From Octopus vulgaris (Eukaryota), in contig OX597826.1 in the NCBI GenBank assembly GCA_951406725.2, positions 14,322,001 through 14,386,000 on the forward strand: a DNA stretch of 64,000 nucleotides, read 5' to 3'. Of the stretch, positions 57,793 to 64,000 are shown one piece after another (positions within the stretch are counted from its first letter, which is position 1; each line of letters opens with the position of its first letter). The position numbers and the translations under genes are program-made. The notes below the pieces were generated by a model. The model had not been told where the DNA came from. It searched no databases and saw only the letters and a program-made list of their open reading frames with translations.

Positions 57793-58572
57793 CATAGAAA
57801 ATGCGAGCAAGAGAAATAATATTCTTAAAATTGCAAACCTGGAAAATTACAGGACAAGTTTACTCATGGAAAAGTTCACGACAAAAAAATTTGACTTAAA
57901 ATTTTGCAGCTAATATTAAAAGTTATTTGATTTTAATTTAGAAAGTAGCATTATAATTACAAAAGGTACCATCATTTTGCTAAAATACTGACACACTAGA
58001 ATACTTAAAAAATGAAAGCTAGAAGTACCAATGTAGCTAAAGTTCTATGCAAAGTAGCAGAGTATATATGGTAGGCAAATTCAATATGTAAAAAATAGGC
58101 ATAGGGTCAAGAATACAAATGTGAAGACCTAGCAATAACTTAAGCAATAACTGAAGCAAATTTTACTGTGGAATTGTTGTTATAGGTAGATTTTACTGTA
58201 ATATAAGGCTAATTTTTGTATTATTCTATTTATTGTACTAACTAACTATGTACAACTATTATTTCTTATAACGTATTTCCAAATTTTTAATTAATAAGTA
58301 ATAATTTTTAAAATGATTTGTTTTTAAAGTGCAAAAAATATTTTGAGTTACGTTTTTATTTTTAATAGAAGTAACAAGTAATAACAAATAGAAGTAATAA
58401 CTTGTAATAAAATCTTTAGTTTTAATAAAAGCTAATATTTTCTAAGTCTACATATTTTATTTGAAATTGCATCCTCAGTTGCAATATTTTCACCAAACAT
58501 TTTTCTTGTTCTGTACTTTACCAGGTTTTATAACATTAGGAATATTATTTTTCTTGCTCGCATTTTTCCATG
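57793..58572. mobile_element. MITE-like segment bounded by about 65-bp inverted repeats
   Basis: CATAGAAAATGCGAGCAAGAGAAATAATATTC...CCTGG...ACAAG (57793-57858) versus its reverse complement at 58505-58572. AT-rich non-coding interior. Confidence 0.55.
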
Positions 58573-58592
58573 TTATATATATATATATATAT

Positions 58593-58834
58593 TGTTATAT
58601 TTCGGAATGGTCATATTGCCAGTTTAGCCAATAAAAACACACGCACTATATATTTGGTGTTATTTTGCTTCAGTGTTATTTATTTTTTACATTAATCTTA
58701 ATCTTATTTCGGCCAGAGTTCTTTCGTCACACTCCTGTGACCGCATCAGTGGTCCTTTGTTTTCTTCTTTCTTATTTGTGTCTCTCCTTACTAACCGTCA
58801 GCCATAAAAAAACTTGCACAACTAATATTTAAAC

Positions 58835-58836
<2 letters not shown>
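58593..58836 (-). mobile_element. Short TA-embedded element carrying a minimal hammerhead-like motif (58711-58755)
   Basis: Minus strand GGACCA-CTGATGC-G-GTCACA-GGAG-TGTGAC-GAAA-GAAC-TC-TGGCC, with (TA)n on both sides. Confidence 0.62.
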
Positions 58837-58872
<36 letters not shown>

Positions 58873-58914
58873 CATGGAAAAATTAAAGTCATACTTTAAT
58901 ATCTCTCTGTTCTC

Positions 58915-59120
58915 ATGCACCGATCAAACAAGATCATTAGCACAACATGCAAATTGCTAAGCAGCATTGTGTTCTTCTTTAAACTCCGAGCTGAAATTCC
59001 GTCGAGGTCGACTTTGTCTTTCATCGTTTCGGGGTCGGTAGAATAAGTGTCAGTCTGTATATGGGGGTGATGTAATCGTCTTACAACTTCTGCCGAACTC
59101 GCTGGCCCTATGCCAAAATA
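58915..59120 (+). mobile_element. SINE family 2, degenerate
   Basis: AAATTCCGTCGAGGTCGACTTTGTCTTTCATCGTTTCGGGGTCGG core. Confidence 0.8.
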
Positions 59121-59523
59121 CATACATACATATAGATATGCAGGTAAAGTAAGTACACACGCGCTCGCACACACAATCACACACAAGCGGATGAACATAC
59201 AAGAGGCAGAGTGAGACAAATAATCATTTGTGTATACTAATAGATTTCGAGTTAGAACTACTCAAATAACCATCCATGTCTCTTTTTATATATATTTTCA
59301 TAGTTATATATGTATCCATTTATATATCTATATATCTATATGTCAATCCATCCGTGTATCTATCTTCTTATCTATCTACATATACATACATATATCTATA
59401 TAGTGTAAACAAGAGAGACAGAGAAAGGCAGAAACAAGGAAAATGCCACTTATATTTGAACACTATACAAATATTCCTTTAAAAAAACTTTTCTTTTAAT
59501 TTTTCTAAATTTAATTATTTAAT

Positions 59524-59571
59524 CATTACAGTTGAAAAGGTCCCAAAATGACTGAAACCGGTACTGAAATG
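59524..59571 (+). ncRNA. Degenerate minimal hammerhead motif
   Basis: CATTACAG-TTGAAAA-GGTC..GACT-GAAA-CCGGTA-CTGAAATG, with palindromic stem III ACCGGT and two core substitutions. Confidence 0.55.
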
Positions 59572-60710
59572 TTCTTTATAAAATTATTTTAGCATTTTCT
59601 ATCTTGACTTGTTTTTTCATATATATCAACTCGTGTGTTCCTTTTCATCCTTATACATATATATACATATATATGTATTTGTGTGTGTATGTATAAATTT
59701 GTGTGTATGCACGTGTGTTTGTGTGTGTATTTCAGCGCGCGTGTGTCTGTATGTGTGTACAAATACATCCGTACATCCATGCATACGCAGGTTTATGCAA
59801 AGCCGGATACTCAGACACCCACGTCAAAGTTTGGTTATTTTTAACCCAACTGAATACATACAAGGAAAAAAATCCAGTTGTTGCTTTGAGATGGTTGGTA
59901 TAATATAAAATGATTTAATGTGGTTTTAATAAATTTATATTTATGACATGCGCATATGATCATGATGAGGAGAATGTTGAGGAGGAAATGAATAGGTTGG
60001 TAGCAGCGATGTCGTTGTTATTGATGACTTTAATAATGAGAATGATGATTATAATGAAGATGATGCCTCACTACAACGGCGGTCATACAAGTTATACAAT
60101 CTAAAATCCGAAACATCACAAATCAATAACACAATCCACATCCTACACACAACTTATTTCGCCCACACAATGTAAACTTTCATGTGGAGAAATACCACGT
60201 ACCATGCTCAGCGTCTTTCTAATCTCCTTGACGTGTGTAAATGTGCGTCTCTCTTACACAATATATTTCTATACGCCTCTGTCTATATGGATGCATATAA
60301 GCTCGTGTGTCTGTGTGTGCGCCTCTGCGCATAAAGATGTGGTGTTTATGCAGCATCTTAGTTTTTAAAACACTGCTAACATATGTATATGTTTCTGTTT
60401 ATGCAACTCTCTCTCTCTCTCTCTTTATCTCTCTCTGTCTCTCTGTCTCTTTCACATACACAGAAACACACAGACGTGCATACACACACATACGTGTTTA
60501 GATGTGCGTGCATATATACAAATATATAGGTATGTATGTACATGGATACATACATACACATTAATATGTATTCACATGTGTCTAAATGTGTGTGGGGTGT
60601 ATATGCATATGTATATATGAGCAGATGTGTAGTACTGTATCTATGGAAATGATAATATGAATGTATGTATATGAGTATTACGAAATTGGGAGGAGTGAAT
60701 CAAAATATTT

Positions 60711-60768
<58 letters not shown>

Positions 60769-61139
60769 TATATGTGAATACTGTATAAGTAACATATATT
60801 GTTGTCTTTACACTTGGTGTTATTGCTCTTTAGCCCTAGGTTAAAATTAATTTACTGGCATATAATCAAAATCCGTCCACAACATCCCAATGCTATTCTC
60901 TACGATTAGCGAGAAAGAGTTTTGCTGTTATTTTTAGTATATGTATTGGTTGTTACTGGCACAATCTGAAAGTCAACATAATATGAAGGCGTGACGCACG
61001 TATAATAATGTTCACATCGTTTATATTTAGATACATGTAGGAGTAATTGGCAGAATATTCTACATGTTCAAATACGTTTTATTACTTATCTACATATTTT
61101 GATGTATATATGTATGCACTTTCCCTTTCTCTTTTCAAT

Positions 61140-61495
61140 TTAGAGTGAATTTTGACCGGCCATTTACGTGAGAGCAAGGTTGTGACTGAAAGAATCTGGT
61201 TTTTACCAGCATCCATTAAATCGTAAGAAGGACTTTCAAATTTTTATAGACCTAGATATCGTGATCATTTGTAGACTACAGATTAAGGATTTGCGTTCTC
61301 TGCGCAAGGTTCCTGTTTCAAACATACATGCGCCAAATGGGATGGTATGTATCTTTTTGATGCAAAAATAGGCATGAAGTTGAAAGAGTAACTTGGATGC
61401 TGGATTTGCAAACTCCTCAGTGATCCACAGATGTCCTCTCCATCTTGTTATTTGTAACCATATTTGTCTCCAGAAGGCAACTCCTTTCCACAACA
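61140..61495 (-). mobile_element. RLE LINE 3' fragment (similar type to 37510-38345)
   Basis: VERSC..., EDICGSLRSLQIQHPSYSFNFMPIF...YIP..L...LICSLQMITI..SIKI resembles the R4-like C-terminus. Confidence 0.6.
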
Positions 61496-61879
61496 GAAAA
61501 ATGTATGTATGTATATATTTAAGTATAGCGTGATTTTGTATTTACTTTAAAGCGTGATTTTGTATTTACTTGAATTTACTTATATAAGTAAATTCTTAAT
61601 GCGGACTCCTCAGTATAACGTGGGTTTCTGCGGCCGATAGGTATTTATAATTTGTAAATTTTAATTATTTCTGTGGTAAAATAAGCAGTTTCAAGTCTAC
61701 AAATTAATAAATTAATAAATAAAAATAGAGTACAGAAAAATATATTAAAAGAAAAGATGTAGTCTATCGTAGATGAGTAAACAAAGAAACGCACATACTG
61801 TGTGGAAAACGAAACTCGGGAGGCGTGTGTGTGGTATTGTTTTATACAAATTGTTTTATACAAATTATAAAAATGATAA

Positions 61880-61979
61880 AAAAATATACACAGTACAGTA
61901 CTGTTTCTACTTCGCGAATTTTCGCCTATCGCAGTGGAGTTGGGAACATTACACCCGCGATAGTAGAGGGATTACTGTA
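61880..61979. mobile_element. Tigger/pogo-like MITE terminus
   Basis: TTCGCGAATTTTCGCCTATCGC...CCCGCGATAGTAGAGGGATTACTG-TA, the reverse of a CAGTAATCCCTC.. TIR with TA. Confidence 0.55.
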
Positions 61980-62094
61980 TTGGGAAAGAATTAGAAACGT
62001 TGGGAAGCATAAAGATTAAATCTGTAGTTGAAAAAAAGTTAGCTGACACAGAGGACTGGAATCCATCTGAAAATTGGGAAAAGTGTTACAGGTA

Positions 62095-62787
62095 TGATGA
62101 TTTGGGCGCTGGTAATTAAATTGTCGACTGTTGCACAATGTTTGGAGGACACTGTAAAAGTTGCATGACATGAACAGCTGTAATGAGGAGTACGAAACTT
62201 TAGCCGAAAAGAAAGTGATTGTTGTTGGGTTTGTCTACACTGAAGATCACATCATGCCGCTCCACGTTTTGAACAAGGACTTAGACTCAAGTGAAACGGC
62301 TGAGTGGAGCTGCTGGAGACTGGTCAATTCCTGGCAGGAGGTGGTTGTTCCTGGAAGACCATATGTGGGACAGCAGGATTCATTTCCTTACCAAATCAGC
62401 TCAAAGTATCAGAAGAGGTTACTGGAAAATGTTCACAACCTCATCAGCCCCAGTTGCTAGCCTCCTAATTCCCCTGATTGTAAACCCTTCGATTACTATA
62501 TGTGTGACGTGCTTTACAAAGACACCAACTCCGGGCATGCTTCCAAGATCAAGGAAGTATTCAAAGATTTTATCAGTGGCACAGTGAAGAGCTCATGCGT
62601 AGGTTCCTGGGACACATTGAGGCCGTAGAGGAAGCTAAGCTCGGCTACTTTGAGTAAACTGTTATCTTCCAGCAGTAATGTAATCGATATTCATTGATTT
62701 TTTAAAAATACATTTATCTTTTTATATATTATTGTTTATTCATTTCCTTTTATGTCAGCAATGAAATTTAGACAGAGCACCGTTATA
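62095..62787 (+). mobile_element. Tc1/mariner DD37D (maT-type) transposase remnant, internally deleted
   Basis: HIMPLHV, GRPYVGQQDSFP, PPNSPDCKPFDYY, IEAVEEA..GYFE*. Confidence 0.8.
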
Positions 62788-62850
62788 TAAATATATATAA
62801 CAGTATATGAGTGTGAATATATAATGAATATATATATATATATATATAAA

Positions 62851-63290
62851 TTAACAATTAAAAATGAGGGTGTCTAAAAGACACCAACATGCCGAAATAG
62901 CAGTCGAAACTCTGACTATAAAACCACGTTAAATGTTCATATCGCACCATGAGGTAAAGCGGAGGGACAAAACATACAAGCAAAAATTATTGAATTTATG
63001 TACCCTTGATATATTCAATTGATGACGGTAAAGCTTATTTAAAGCAGAACCAGAAATCCTTGGATCTTGAATTATTCAATAATTTTTGCTTGTATGTTTT
63101 GTCCCTCCGCTTTACCTCATGGTGCGATATGAACATGGTTTTATAGTCAGAGTTTCGACTGCTATTTCGGCATGTTGGTGTCTTTTAGACACCCTCATTT
63201 TTAATTGTTAAAATTTTTTTACCTCTGTAAGGTATTTCTTTCATGCTGGCCACTTGATAATTTCGACACTTAAATATCGATATTATCCTC
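62851..63290. mobile_element. Near-perfect fold-back element: arms 62851-62995 / 63074-63211, hammerhead in the loop
   Basis: Arms are identical by eye except a 7-nt indel (CGTTAAA). The loop contains ATTCAA-TTGATGAC-GGT..ACC-AGAAA-TCCTTGGA-TC-TTGAAT. (TA)n flanks. Confidence 0.85.
63013..63072 (+). ncRNA. Type I hammerhead ribozyme-like motif (C3>U)
   Basis: 6-bp stem I ATTCAA/TTGAAT, stem III ATCC-TT-GGAT, predicted cleavage after AUC at 63066. Confidence 0.65.
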
Positions 63291-63298
63291 ATATATAA

Positions 63299-63355
<57 letters not shown>

Positions 63356-63356
<1 letters not shown>

Positions 63357-63566
63357 TCTACTATAGACACAAGGCCCGAAATTTTTATGGAGGGGGCCAG
63401 TTGATTAAATCGACCCAGTACGTAACTGGTACTTAATTTATCGACCCGAAAGGATAAAAAGCAAAGTCGACCTCGGCCGGAATTTGAACTTAGAACGTAA
63501 AGTAGGACGAAATACCGCGAAGCATTTCGATCGCCCGACATGCAACCGTTTCTGCTAGCTCGCCTT
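63356..63566 (-). mobile_element. SINE family 2, full length
   Basis: Minus strand AAGGCGAGCTAGCAGAAACG...TTCTAAGTTCAAATTCCGGCCGAGGTCGACTTTGC...GATAAATTAAGTACCAG. Confidence 0.88.
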
Positions 63567-63598
63567 ACTTATATTTATAATTATATATATAATTATAA

Positions 63599-63700
<102 letters not shown>

Positions 63701-63877
63701 TTATAACAATAAGGGTTTTTGCATCAAGTTGCTTAACCACATACCGAAAATTTTTGAAATAGCAGCCAGAGGACTACTATTTCCTTTTACTACAAAAATA
63801 TGTCTCCACAGACAACAATATTTGTAACTTACATACGGCAAAACAAGAAGAAAAATAATGAAATCAGTCTTCGGTTA

Positions 63878-63936
63878 ATTATGGACGCACGTTTCTGGAT
63901 TAGAATCATAAGACTCATTTCCTTCATCGACATAAT
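63878..63936 (-). ncRNA. Type I hammerhead-like motif in a PLE-terminus-like segment running off the window end
   Basis: ATTATG-TCGATGAA-GGA...TCC-AGAAA-CGTGCGTC-CATAAT: perfect 6-bp stem I, GUC triplet, CU>UC change in the core. Confidence 0.62.
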
Positions 63937-64000
63937 ATTCCTATAAATCTAGAAAAGCTACGAAAACTTACCTCGTATATTTCCGATCAAGCGACATCGG

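Overview
AT-rich eukaryotic genomic DNA, very likely from an octopus or another coleoid cephalopod. This is inferred from recalled octopus-type tRNA-derived SINE families, dense (TA)n/(CA)n/(TATC)n/(TACA)n microsatellites and the retroelement spectrum. No host protein-coding gene can be confidently identified, and most ORFs in the track are microsatellite artefacts. The window is a transposable-element graveyard. It holds several R4/Dong-type RLE LINEs (one young, nearly intact copy at 51687-54270 inside (TAA)n), RTE and CR1 fragments, Penelope-like element (PLE) remnants, several mariner copies (one full length with TIRs and a nested CR1), a DD37D/maT remnant, a Ty3/gypsy gag with a tRNA-Trp-like PBS, Helitron/Helentron ends and three SINE families. 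The most notable structure is a recurring set of type I hammerhead-ribozyme-like folds: seven clear ones plus weaker remnants, each with core substitutions. Two of them sit in the loop of long inverted repeats (15661-16033 and 62851-63211), pointing to a family of short fold-back, ribozyme-bearing, PLE-derived non-autonomous elements. All calls were made by eye without database searches, and boundaries of degenerate elements are approximate.
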